A stretch of DNA of 64,000 nucleotides, taken from an uncultured Elusimicrobia bacterium (lineage in GTDB: Bacteria > Elusimicrobiota > Elusimicrobia > UBA1565 > UBA9628). The DNA is taken from assembly GCA_903830945.1 (NCBI GenBank), contig CAIKVT010000058.1:75487-139486 (forward strand). The letters run 5' to 3'. Below are positions 1 through 8,479 of this stretch, piece by piece; positions within the stretch are counted from its first letter, which is position 1; every line of letters starts with the position of its first letter. The notes below the pieces were generated by a model. The model ran no database searches and was not told the origin of the DNA. It saw only the letters and a list, made by a program, of their open reading frames with translations. The position numbers and the translations under genes were made by a program.

Positions 1-1
1 T

Positions 2-1072
2 GCATTCATCCAGGACTGCCGGTCCCTGGACTTGCTCTGGCCGCCGGAGGTGCTCTGCAAGGCCACTGAGCACATCCCGGAGCAGATCGGGCTCATTCAG
101 AGGTTGGAGGCCAAGGGCCTCATCTATCGTACCTCGGACGGCCTCTACTACGACACGGCCAAGTTCCCCGGTTATAGCCGTCTGGCTGGGGAGAGCCACA
201 TCGCCGGCATCAAGGAAGGCTTTCGCGTGGACGCCAATCCGGAGAAGCGCGGCGCCACGGACTTCGCGGTCTGGAAGTTCTCTCCCAAGGACCAGAAACG
301 GCAGATGGAGTGGGATTCGCCTTGGGGTAAGGGCTTCCCCGGCTGGCACATCGAGTGCAGCGCCATGGCCATGAAGTACCTGGGTGAGAGCTTCGACATC
401 CACTGCGGCGGCGTGGACCACATCCCCATCCATCATTCCAATGAGATCGCCCAGGCCGAAGGGGCCACGGGCAAGCCCTTCGTGCGCATCTGGCTGCATG
501 GCGAGTTCCTGCTCATGAACAACGCCAAGATGGCCAAGTCCGCGGGCGGCTTCGTGACCCTGGCCCATCTCAAGGAGAAAGGCTTCGACCCTCTCGACTA
601 CCGCTATCACTGCTACACCGCGCACTACCGCAAGCAGCTTGACTTTACCTGGGAACTGCTGGAGTCGGGCAAGACCGCGCGCCGTCGTTTGCGCGAGGCG
701 GCCGCCGCGGTCAAGGGCGAGGCCTTGCAGCCCATTACCGCGGAGCTGGACAAGGCTTTCCGCGCTGCGGTCGGGGACGACCTTAACATGCCCGGCGCCG
801 TGGCCGCGGTCTGGGATTGCCTGCGCGGCGGTGCGCCCGCAGGCGCCAAGCGGGCCTTCCTGGAGCAGGCCGAGTCCGTCCTCGCCTTGGGGCTGTTCCG
901 GGATGAGGCCCAGGCTCCTCTGCCGGCGCAGGTGCAGGCCTTGGTCGAGCGCCGCGCCGCGGCGCGCGCGGCCAGGGATTTCAAGCTTTCGGATGAGTTG
1001 CGTAAAGACCTGGAATCGCGGGGCATCCTGGTGGAAGACACCAAACAGGGCCAGCGCTGGCGGAGGAAGTAG
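2..1072 (+). CDS. cysS: Cysteinyl-tRNA synthetase (5'-truncated by window edge)
   Basis: DFAVWK, WDSPWGKGFPGWHIECSAM, DIHCGGVDHIPIHHSNEIAQ, KMAKS (KMSKS-like) and C-terminal anticodon-binding region; frame open back to position 2. Confidence 0.97.
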   Translation, partial: AFIQDCRSLDLLWPPEVLCKATEHIPEQIGLIQRLEAKGLIYRTSDGLYYDTAKFPGYSRLAGESHIAGIKEGFRVDANPEKRGATDFAVWKFSPKDQKRQMEWDSPWGKGFPGWHIECSAMAMKYLGESFDIHCGGVDHIPIHHSNEIAQAEGATGKPFVRIWLHGEFLLMNNAKMAKSAGGFVTLAHLKEKGFDPLDYRYHCYTAHYRKQLDFTWELLESGKTARRRLREAAAAVKGEALQPITAELDKAFRAAVGDDLNMPGAVAAVWDCLRGGAPAGAKRAFLEQAESVLALGLFRDEAQAPLPAQVQALVERRAAARAARDFKLSDELRKDLESRGILVEDTKQGQRWRRK

Positions 1073-1076
1073 CCTC

Positions 1077-1844
1077 ATGTCCCGCCGTGAACCCCGCAGC
1101 GATGCCCAGTGGTTGAGCGGCTTCCATAGCGTGCTTGAGACCTTGCGCAGCAAGCCGGACAGCGCCAAGGAACTCCTGGTAGCTGCGGGCAGCCAGGGTT
1201 CCGAGATCGAGGAGCTCACAAGTCTGGCCCGGGAGGCGGGGGTGCGCGTGCGCACCGTGGACCGCCGGGAGTTGGATCGGGTCGCCGGCGCGAGCCGCCA
1301 TCAGGGCGTGGCCTTACGCGTTGTCTTGCACGAAGGCGAGTCCTTAAAAGGCCTGCTGGAGCGCTTCCCGCCGGAGTCTCGCAAAGGTCTTGTGCTGGTG
1401 GCGCTCGACGAGATCCAGGACCCGCACAACCTCGGTGCTATCGCGCGCTCCGCGGTCAATCTCGGCGCCAGCGCCCTCATCTTGCCGGAGCGGCGCTCCG
1501 CGCCTGTCACCGGGGCCGTGGTGGCGGCCTCGGCGGGCGCCATTCAGAAGCTTCCCGTGGTCAGCGTGGTCAACCTCGGCCAGGCCCTGGAACGTCTTAA
1601 GGAAGCGGGCTTCTGGGTCTACGGCGCCGATGCCGCGGGCCGTCCGGCTTGGGATACGGTCTTCAACACGCCCCTGGTCCTGGTCATTGGTTCCGAGGGC
1701 TACGGGATGCGTCCTTTGGTGGCCAGCATCTGCGACGAGGTGGTGAGCATCCCGCAGGCGGCCGCCGGAGTCGAGAGCCTCAACGCCTCTTGCGCGGCGA
1801 GCGTGCTCCTCTACGAGGTGGCGCGGCAGGTCAGGACGCCATGA
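1077..1844 (+). CDS. rlmB: 23S rRNA (guanosine-2'-O)-methyltransferase, TrmH/SpoU family
   Basis: HQGV, LDEIQDPHNLGAIARSA, VIGSEGYGM, VESLNAS SPOUT motifs; ATG at 1077 just after cysS stop. Confidence 0.93.
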   Translation: MSRREPRSDAQWLSGFHSVLETLRSKPDSAKELLVAAGSQGSEIEELTSLAREAGVRVRTVDRRELDRVAGASRHQGVALRVVLHEGESLKGLLERFPPESRKGLVLVALDEIQDPHNLGAIARSAVNLGASALILPERRSAPVTGAVVAASAGAIQKLPVVSVVNLGQALERLKEAGFWVYGADAAGRPAWDTVFNTPLVLVIGSEGYGMRPLVASICDEVVSIPQAAAGVESLNASCAASVLLYEVARQVRTP

Positions 1845-2782
1845 GCCAGGGGCACGCGCAAGGGCATGCTCACGGTCATGCGCACCACGGCCATCAAGGG
1901 CTCTCCGCGGTCGAGTCTCTGACCTGGGCGCTGGGCCTCACCGCGATCTTTTTTGTAGTCGAGCTTGTGGGCGGATGGTGGACCGGCAGCCTGGCGTTGA
2001 TCTCCGACGCTCTGCATATGGGCTTCGATCTGACCGCCTTGGGGTTGGGTCTCTTCGCGGCCCGGATGGCGCGGCGTCCGGCCGACACAAAGCGGACCTT
2101 CGGCTACCAGCGCGTGGAGGTTCTGGTCGCTTTGCTCAACGGCGTCACCTTGATCCTCATCACCGGCATCATCCTGCGCGAGGCTTACGTGCGGTTCTTC
2201 GCGCCGCAGGATATCAAGGCCAAGGAGATGGTGGTCATTGCGATCATCGGCCTTTTGAGCAACCTGGCTGCCGGAGCTGTGCTCTATCGTTCTAGCCGCG
2301 AGAACATCAACATGAGGGGGGCCTTTTTGCACGTGCTCTCCGACGCTCTGGGCTCCTTGGGCGCGGTCATCGCCGGGGTCATCGTCATGGAGACGGGCTG
2401 GCGTCAGGCGGACCCCGTGGTGAGCCTGCTGATCTGCCTTGGCATCGTCGTGACTTCTTATTGGCTGGTGCGCGATTCGGTGCATATCCTGCTTGAAGGC
2501 ACCCCGTCGCACCTGGAGCTGGCGCAGATCCGCGACGCGCTGAGCGCCTTGCCCGGGGTTCGCTCGGTCCATGATCTGCATCTTTGGTCCGTCACCCGGG
2601 GCACGGAGTCCATGAGCGGGCACGTGGTGGTGAGATCCGACGAGCATACCGCCGCCACCGTGCGCGTCGGGGCCAAGCTGCTTAAGGAGCGCTTCGGCAT
2701 CACGCACGTGACCTTGCAGGTGGAGACTTCGGGGCAACCCGAGTGTGAGGACACGGTCCCGCCGCCGACCGAACCGGAATGA
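1841..2782 (+). CDS. Cation diffusion facilitator (Zn/Co/Cd efflux, CzcD/ZitB-like)
   Basis: His-rich N-terminus, SLALISDALHM, TFGYQRVE, GAFLHVLSD, VHDLHLWS, HVTLQVE; ATGA overlap with rlmB. Confidence 0.93.
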   Translation: MSQGHAQGHAHGHAHHGHQGLSAVESLTWALGLTAIFFVVELVGGWWTGSLALISDALHMGFDLTALGLGLFAARMARRPADTKRTFGYQRVEVLVALLNGVTLILITGIILREAYVRFFAPQDIKAKEMVVIAIIGLLSNLAAGAVLYRSSRENINMRGAFLHVLSDALGSLGAVIAGVIVMETGWRQADPVVSLLICLGIVVTSYWLVRDSVHILLEGTPSHLELAQIRDALSALPGVRSVHDLHLWSVTRGTESMSGHVVVRSDEHTAATVRVGAKLLKERFGITHVTLQVETSGQPECEDTVPPPTEPE

Positions 2783-3417
2783 AGCGAGAGCCTGGCGCGG
2801 CTCTGCTCCTGCTCAACGGGGATGTCTCTGATCCCGCCTTGGTGAGGCGGCTGGCGCGGCGATGCGCTTTGCTGATCTGCGCGGATGGGGGGGCGCGCCA
2901 TGCCGTCCGCCTGGGGCTGCATCCGGACGCGGTCGTGGGCGACATGGATTCGGTACCCAGGCCTTTGCCGCGGTCTTGGCGCGGGACTTCTTTTTTATGC
3001 GACTTTGATGAGGATTCCTCCGATTTCGAGAAGGCCCTGGCCTTCGTCGCGCGCACGGGCTGCTCACGGCTTTATGTGGCGGGGATTATGGGCGGACGGC
3101 TCGACCATGCTTTGGTCAACCTGGCCTTGGCCCGGGCTTGGGGCTGCCGGCGCAGCCTGGTGATGGTAGATTGGGGGCTGGCTGCGATTTTGGGCCCGGG
3201 GCGCTACCGGCTGGGACTTAAGAGGGGGGAACTGCTATCGCTCTTGGCCGCCACGCAGCGGGCCAAGCTGTCCGTCAGCGGTGTGCGCTATCCTCTGCGG
3301 CGAGCCGTCCTGGTTCCTGGAGGCCGGGGTTTGAGCAATGTGGCCCGGGGTGCGGTCTCGTTGACCGTGCATGCGGGCCGGGTCTGGGCCATGGCGCCGC
3401 GCGGTTTTTCCCTGTAG
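2779..3417 (+). CDS. thiN: Thiamine diphosphokinase
   Basis: ICADGGA, VVGDMDS, SDFEKAL, GGRLDHALVN, GLSN motifs. Confidence 0.9.
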   Translation: MKREPGAALLLLNGDVSDPALVRRLARRCALLICADGGARHAVRLGLHPDAVVGDMDSVPRPLPRSWRGTSFLCDFDEDSSDFEKALAFVARTGCSRLYVAGIMGGRLDHALVNLALARAWGCRRSLVMVDWGLAAILGPGRYRLGLKRGELLSLLAATQRAKLSVSGVRYPLRRAVLVPGGRGLSNVARGAVSLTVHAGRVWAMAPRGFSL

Positions 3418-3493
3418 CAGGCTTCGGCCCGGATTCCACCATCACCCTCCCTACTCCTCCCACCCCTCCCCAGGGGGGAGAGAAACCTTGCTA

Positions 3494-3524
3494 AATTGGA
3501 TATGCCAATTTGGCATATCCAATT
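3494..3524. repeat. Perfect 31-bp palindrome AATTGGATATGCCAA-T-TTGGCATATCCAATT
   Basis: 15-bp arms are exact reverse complements around one central T; AT-rich in a GC-rich background. Confidence 0.9.
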
Positions 3525-3572
3525 CCCAAACCGCCGTGCGCGAGTTCATTGCTGAAGACCGCGGCCTGACCT

Positions 3573-3608
3573 ACGCTGGCCAGATGGTCCAAGGCCTCGC
3601 GCAGCCCC
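3573..3608 (+). repeat. Left att-like direct repeat (displaced copy of the 3' end of the 11050-12024 gene)
   Basis: acgctggccagatggtccaaggcctcgcgcagcccc matches 11063-11098 at 34/36 positions. Confidence 0.85.
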
Positions 3609-3680
3609 GCGTAGCGGGGCTGCAGGCCCTCCTTGGCAATTTTGACAGCGCTGTAAATTTATGGTCTTATGGTGAGCACT

Positions 3681-3881
3681 ATGAGCGCTAGGATGATTTC
3701 TACCGAAGAAGTGCTGACTACACCCCAAGTCTGCGGCCTGCTGAAGATCACTCGGCAGACCCTTTACACGTGGATGGAGCAGGGGAGAATCAAGCCCTGG
3801 ATGAAGGCGGGGGGAGCGTCATGGCTCTTCATACGCGACGAGATTATGCAGGCCAAGAATTCGAAATATCAGCGGGCTTGA
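3681..3881 (+). CDS. Helix-turn-helix DNA-binding protein, excisionase/HTH_17 family
   Basis: 66 aa, VLTTPQVCGLLKITRQTLYTWMEQGRIKP...WLF fits the excisionase-type winged HTH pattern. Confidence 0.8.
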   Translation: MSARMISTEEVLTTPQVCGLLKITRQTLYTWMEQGRIKPWMKAGGASWLFIRDEIMQAKNSKYQRA

Positions 3882-3916
3882 TATGGCACGAGGCAAGGGC
3901 GCTGCGGCGCAGGACA

Positions 3917-4957
3917 ATGGCCAAGATCCCTGAAGTCCACTTAGAGACCTGGAAGAGCCTTTACGCTGAGGCTCAGCGCTTCTCGCAGTCAAAGCCCTGG
4001 CAGCGCATCGATGAATCTCTCTTCTTCGCTGTTCAAGGCCCAGCCACCGGCCAGATGGGCTACGCCTGCATCCTCGGCTCCTTGGGAGAATTCCTCGCCC
4101 TCTCCGTCTATCGCGGCGCGGAAGGTTTCGGCGCATATCAAGCCATGCTCCTCGACGAGCCCGCGCTCGACGAGGAGTCCGCGTTCAAGCAAGACTGCCT
4201 CATGGCCCAGTTCACGGACAGCAAGTACGTGGAGACAGCCGACCGCAAGGTCATCCGCGCCTTGGGCCTGAAGTTCGAAGGCCACAACGCCTGGCCGCTC
4301 TTCCGCAGCTACCGCCCCGGCTATTTCCCCTGGCACCTGGATCAGCAGGAAGCCGCATTCCTGACCCTCGCATTGCGCTGCGCGTGCGATTGGGTCGAAA
4401 AGCTCTCTTCCAGCACACTCAACTCCGCCGAAGCCCCCGGGCAGATATTCACTTACCTGCCCAAGGCCGGAGGATCTCCGGAACTGTCCGACTACGAGAA
4501 CGCCTGGACGCAGCCGCCCGCTGAAGTCCCGCAGCAGCCGGCAGTGTTGGACCCCGCCCGGCTCGCCAGGCTCCAGGCCAAGCCGCTCAAGAAAGGCGGA
4601 GTCTGGGAAGCGGAAGTCTTCTACCTGCCGATCACGATCGCAGACCAGGACCGGCCCTATCACGCGCGCTTGGTCCTGCTGGTGGACCAGGACTCCGGCT
4701 TCATCCTCCCGGGGGGAGTCATGCCTCCGGGAAAGACCGCGGCCCAGCTCCTGGCGGATGCGGTATTGGGCGCCGTCGAAGAGGTCGGCTGCCTGCCCGA
4801 AGAGATACGGCTGCGCGACAGATCCGTCTTGCCGGCCCTGCAAGCGGCAGGCCAGGCGCTCGGCGTTCACGTGAAGATAGGCCGCTTCCGTTCGCTTCCG
4901 CAGGCCAAGAAGTCCCTGGTGAAAAGATTCGCCAGCCAGGGACGAGGAAACTACTGA
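3917..4957 (+). CDS. Conserved hypothetical protein (resembles DUF7309/DUF6930-type proteins)
   Basis: WKSLY...KPW, YACILGSLGEFLALSVYRG, WPLFRSYRPGYFPW; RBS-like AGGAC before ATG 3917; family name from memory only. Confidence 0.6.
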   Translation: MAKIPEVHLETWKSLYAEAQRFSQSKPWQRIDESLFFAVQGPATGQMGYACILGSLGEFLALSVYRGAEGFGAYQAMLLDEPALDEESAFKQDCLMAQFTDSKYVETADRKVIRALGLKFEGHNAWPLFRSYRPGYFPWHLDQQEAAFLTLALRCACDWVEKLSSSTLNSAEAPGQIFTYLPKAGGSPELSDYENAWTQPPAEVPQQPAVLDPARLARLQAKPLKKGGVWEAEVFYLPITIADQDRPYHARLVLLVDQDSGFILPGGVMPPGKTAAQLLADAVLGAVEEVGCLPEEIRLRDRSVLPALQAAGQALGVHVKIGRFRSLPQAKKSLVKRFASQGRGNY

Positions 4958-4966
4958 TCTAGGAGA

Positions 4967-5380
4967 ATGAAAATGGCATTAGACCTAAGCAGCCTGCGCA
5001 AAGCCGCCGCCTCTCTCCAGCATGCCCTCAAAATCGCCGCCGCCCAGGCCGGCATGGACAGCGAAGACGTCATCCGCGCCGGCGTCATTAAGAACTTCGA
5101 GTTCACTTACGAGCTCTGCTGGAAGTTCATCAAGCGCTGGCTCGAAAAGAACTCTCCCGAAGCCGACCTCGAAGGCCTAACGCGCAAGGAACTTTTCCGC
5201 ATGGCCGCCGAAAGACACCTCATCAAGGACGTCGAGCCCTGGTTCAGGTACCACGCCGCCCGCAACGAAACCTCCCACACCTACGACTCGGCCAAGGCCG
5301 AAATGATCTTCGCAGCGGCCAAGCTCTTCGCGGCCGACGCCCAGGCGCTGCTCAAGGAACTCGAGAAGCGCAATGATTAA
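4967..5380 (+). CDS. HEPN-type nucleotidyltransferase substrate-binding protein (HI0074 family; HepT-like toxin)
   Basis: GVIKNFEFTYELCWKFIK and RNETSHTY (Rx4HxY) motifs; AGGAG RBS. Confidence 0.88.
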   Translation: MKMALDLSSLRKAAASLQHALKIAAAQAGMDSEDVIRAGVIKNFEFTYELCWKFIKRWLEKNSPEADLEGLTRKELFRMAAERHLIKDVEPWFRYHAARNETSHTYDSAKAEMIFAAAKLFAADAQALLKELEKRND

Positions 5381-5684
5381 GGCCACTCCCGCCCAACTGC
5401 GCGCCATCAAGGATATCCTCGCCCGGCATCTGTGCGGGGCCGAGGTCCGGGCCTTCGGCTCCCGCGTCAGCGGCAAGCCCAAGCCATACTCCGACCTAGA
5501 TCTCGCCGTGTTCGCGCTCCAAAAGCTCGACGCGACCAGCCTCGAAGAAACGCGCGAGGCCTTTGCGGAGTCCGACCTTCCCTTCCGGGTCGATATCCTC
5601 GATTGGAACGCGATCTCCGAGGAATTCAAGAAGGTCATCGAAGCCGGCTACGAAGTCCTCCAGAAGTCCGGAGCTTGTAGGTAG
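5373..5684 (+). CDS. Minimal nucleotidyltransferase (HI0073/MntA-like antitoxin)
   Basis: FGSRVSGKPKPYSDLD = GSx10DxD; LPFRVDILD; overlaps HEPN gene by 8 nt. Confidence 0.88.
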   Translation: MIKATPAQLRAIKDILARHLCGAEVRAFGSRVSGKPKPYSDLDLAVFALQKLDATSLEETREAFAESDLPFRVDILDWNAISEEFKKVIEAGYEVLQKSGACR

Positions 5685-5710
5685 GATAAGCCCGCTTCGG
5701 GCTCGCCGCC
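5673..5710 (+). repeat. 38-bp REP-like hairpin repeat, copy A
   Basis: gcttgtaggtaggataagcccgcttcgggctcgccgcc, 37/38 identical to 9757-9794; AGCCCG-CTT-CGGGCT stem-loop after GTAG. Confidence 0.85.
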
Positions 5711-5925
5711 CTTGCCGAAGCCGCCCAGGATCTTCAATTCCTCAATGCGCACAGGCTCCCTCTTCCGCTGCCAGGGGCCCGCAGTCGGTAGGATACAATA
5801 GAAAACCGCCTTCGAGGCGGCCGAGTTCCGGCTCTAGGCAACGGCCAGCCTAGGCGGCTGGTAGGTCATCGTCGCCGGGAGGATTGGTAGACAGATTGGG
5901 TGAAGACGCGACGCTGGGGAGGAGC

Positions 5926-6258
5926 ATGAAACAACTGGATTCATATGAGCAGCTTCGAAAGGCAAAGAGAAAATATCTTTATTTATTATGCGTATTCTTC
6001 ATCACAAATCTCCTATCGCGCATCCTGCCTTGGGAGAAATCGCCGATATTTTCCGGTTTGGTCGGGTTGGTTTTCTTATGCCTGGGGGTATGGTATTTAG
6101 TCTGCACCTACCGCTTCACTAGAGCTTTAGGATACGGCGTCGGCAGCGCAATAGGCTGGTCGGTCCTCTCGATAATCCCCATGACTTATGTCTTCGTCAT
6201 GCTGGCCCTCGTTTGGAAATACAAGAAAATGACGAGTCCTCAGGACAGGACAAGATGA
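5926..6258 (+). CDS. Small integral membrane protein (about 3 TM)
   Basis: GGAGGAG RBS before ATG 5926; several hydrophobic segments. Confidence 0.65.
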   Translation: MKQLDSYEQLRKAKRKYLYLLCVFFITNLLSRILPWEKSPIFSGLVGLVFLCLGVWYLVCTYRFTRALGYGVGSAIGWSVLSIIPMTYVFVMLALVWKYKKMTSPQDRTR

Positions 6259-6604
6259 ATGCCCTCCGAAGTCGGCCGAGCCCGCCTTCTGCAATTATAA
6301 ATCTGGGTCCCTGGCGGGACAAAGTTAGAACCTGGCTGACCCTGGAAGACACGTCCTGCTTCTCAGCCCGGGTAGATGCCCTCGTCCAGAGGAATCCCTC
6401 CCTGAGCACGATGTTAGCAAATCGGTAAGCGCCGCTGATGGGGTGCCCTGAGGGGGGGCCAAGTACCAGACATTTTTCCCCAGCTCCGTCCGCGCCCTCG
6501 CTCCCTCCGCCCTCGCCGTTGCGCCCAGCCCCCGCTGATGTCATCCTTGACGCCCCCACGATCCCGACGACACTGGCATCCCCCGTGGCTAAACTGTATC
6601 ATAG

Positions 6605-6637
6605 CGACTGCGGGCACCCTCCGGGTGCCCGCAGTCG
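6605..6637. repeat. Perfect 15-bp stem hairpin CGACTGCGGGCACCC-TCC-GGGTGCCCGCAGTCG
   Basis: Arms are exact reverse complements; lies in a non-coding gap. Confidence 0.85.
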
Positions 6638-6840
6638 GAAGGGGGGAGGTCGGAGGGATGATGCTGGCGAGGCGAGGGGCTCGAAGCGGGGTTATTCTAT
6701 CTACAATCATCCGCCCGCATACTCCAGGCGGAGCATAAGGGCGGAAGGGGGGGACTCCAGTGGCAAAAGCGAAGCGTGGCTATCGGCTCAAAGTGCCGTT
6801 ATCCTTACCTACGTGCAAGAAAGAGCGCAACCTATTGCGA

Positions 6841-7386
6841 TTACTTCCAAGCGGAAAAAAATCCCCAGGCGGCAAGGCTTCCTGACGCAAGCTTGGCAAC
6901 AATCGCGTTGGCGCCCAGAGCATGCACCAGCGCATGATGGAGCAGCCAGGCTGCATAAAACGCGTAGGCGCAAAGCCCAACGGCCGAGAGCCAATGGATG
7001 TTCGCCAATTGCGTCATTCGGACCAACACATAGGCCGGTATCAATAATTGCAAATTCGCGGAAACCCGCATCGCCGTCGGAGCGTCGGTCTTGCCGCCGG
7101 AAACGAAAGCCAGCACCCCGAGGATGCCGGCGCCGGCCAAGACCAGGGTCGCCGAATTGATCGCCGCAAAAAGGAAACCCATCGCGTCTGGCCGCCAATG
7201 ACTCTGCAGCCAGTTGCAGAGATCGAAACCAATCTCACCGGCCGTGTTGTAGACCAGCGATCGCAAGAAGGAATCCGCGTATCCGCCTCCGCGCGGCATG
7301 GCAATAAAATATTTCTTAGGTGATAACAGTGCCGTCTTGGTTTCAATCCAATAATTCCACGGAGACGGCTCATGCACCCAAACCAT
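6841..7386 (-). CDS. YIP1-family membrane protein
   Basis: ALLSPKKYFIAMPRGGGY N-terminus, FVSGGK loop, LVHALGA; GAGGAG RBS. Confidence 0.6.
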   Translation of the reverse strand: MVWVHEPSPWNYWIETKTALLSPKKYFIAMPRGGGYADSFLRSLVYNTAGEIGFDLCNWLQSHWRPDAMGFLFAAINSATLVLAGAGILGVLAFVSGGKTDAPTAMRVSANLQLLIPAYVLVRMTQLANIHWLSAVGLCAYAFYAAWLLHHALVHALGANAIVAKLASGSLAAWGFFSAWK

Positions 7387-7398
7387 GATTTCTCCTCC

Positions 7399-8370
7399 TC
7401 AATACGACGCCCATTGTTTATGTTTTGAGTCCACGTGAGTGCAGTCCACAAAAATTGTCCCATAACACGGCGCGCCGGGATCCGAAACATAGCCCCAAAA
7501 GCCCGTATCCTTGACCTTGGCCGGATTCACGCCGCCGCCGGAGCAAACCGCGGCGTCGTAATTGGCAGCCTGAAATCTAAAATTCTGGTGCTCCTTAAGC
7601 AGGGGCTCTACTGGCAACTGAAGTTCGGAAAGCTGCTCCGGATATTTGCCGTTCCTATTCTTATATTGGGACACTGTCAGCCGCATGGTTTTGAGAGACA
7701 TTCTGGTCAAGGCTTCTTGCAACCCAACGTGTCCAGGCCGCACGGTCCAAAAGATTATGGCCAGAGGAAGACACAAGAAGATGGCGCCCAGAAGCTCTCC
7801 CAAAGCCTTTCTTCCGGCGCTAGTCATCGGAAGATAGATAACTCTCGTGCCGACCAGATAATCGTGGAGCGCACGCTTTTGTTTGGTGCAACCCACTAAA
7901 ATGCAGCCGGGGTATAGGCATGTCTGGGCGGCCCAGCGGCCCAGACAGCGGAGGTAAGTCAACGAAGAGCCATCGATGCGGACAATGCGGATGCCGACAA
8001 TCATCTTTCCAATTGTCTGCCCCTGGAAAGTCGCCGGCATCCAAACCCAATCGATCAAGAATATCAGCCAGCTAGCCCATCTAATCCAATGGCTGCTGAA
8101 CGGAACCCCAAACAGAAGAAGAACAGCCATAGGGAAAATCCCAACCAGCGCATCGATAAAATAGGCTCCGGCGCGGACGGCAAAGCCAGCGAGAGATCTG
8201 TCAGCCGTTGCGGCAGCCACGTCAGGAGTGACGGCCGGCTGATCCACCTGATTCAATAATCTGGCATTGCATTTCGTGCAGACCCCGCGGCCTTTGCCGA
8301 GCTCCCTGACCGCGCCGCCGCAATCAGGACAATGGGATAGTTCCGACGCTGCATGACGGGATTTGGCCAT
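7399..8370 (-). CDS. RDD-family protein with N-terminal Zn ribbon and C-terminal pilin/GspG-like domain
   Basis: CPDC..CTKC; AGFAVRAGAYFID, GQTIGKMIVGIRIV, KRALHDYLVGTRV; C-terminal YKNRNGKYP...GFWGY...CTHVDSK..W. Confidence 0.8.
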   Translation of the reverse strand: MAKSRHAASELSHCPDCGGAVRELGKGRGVCTKCNARLLNQVDQPAVTPDVAAATADRSLAGFAVRAGAYFIDALVGIFPMAVLLLFGVPFSSHWIRWASWLIFLIDWVWMPATFQGQTIGKMIVGIRIVRIDGSSLTYLRCLGRWAAQTCLYPGCILVGCTKQKRALHDYLVGTRVIYLPMTSAGRKALGELLGAIFLCLPLAIIFWTVRPGHVGLQEALTRMSLKTMRLTVSQYKNRNGKYPEQLSELQLPVEPLLKEHQNFRFQAANYDAAVCSGGGVNPAKVKDTGFWGYVSDPGAPCYGTIFVDCTHVDSKHKQWASY

Positions 8371-8479
8371 ATTTAAGATTATATTTTATTTTATTTATGC
8401 TCGCGATTAGCGGTCTTTGGGTGCACCCACCCCAGATGGACTTGCGCAATTTAATAATCCTATTATTATCTACTACTCC

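Noticed and set aside
639-1076. N-terminal extension of the 401-aa rlmB ORF
   Set aside because: Overlaps cysS out of frame; ATG 1077 gives a normal-length RlmB.
3440-3483. CCCTCCC...GGGGGGAGAG REP-like element after thiN
   Set aside because: Single degenerate copy in the window with a weak stem; cannot be supported as a repeat family.
6438-7160. 240-aa plus-strand ORF
   Set aside because: Pro/Arg-rich with no domain signal and overlaps the YIP1 gene in antisense; likely spurious.
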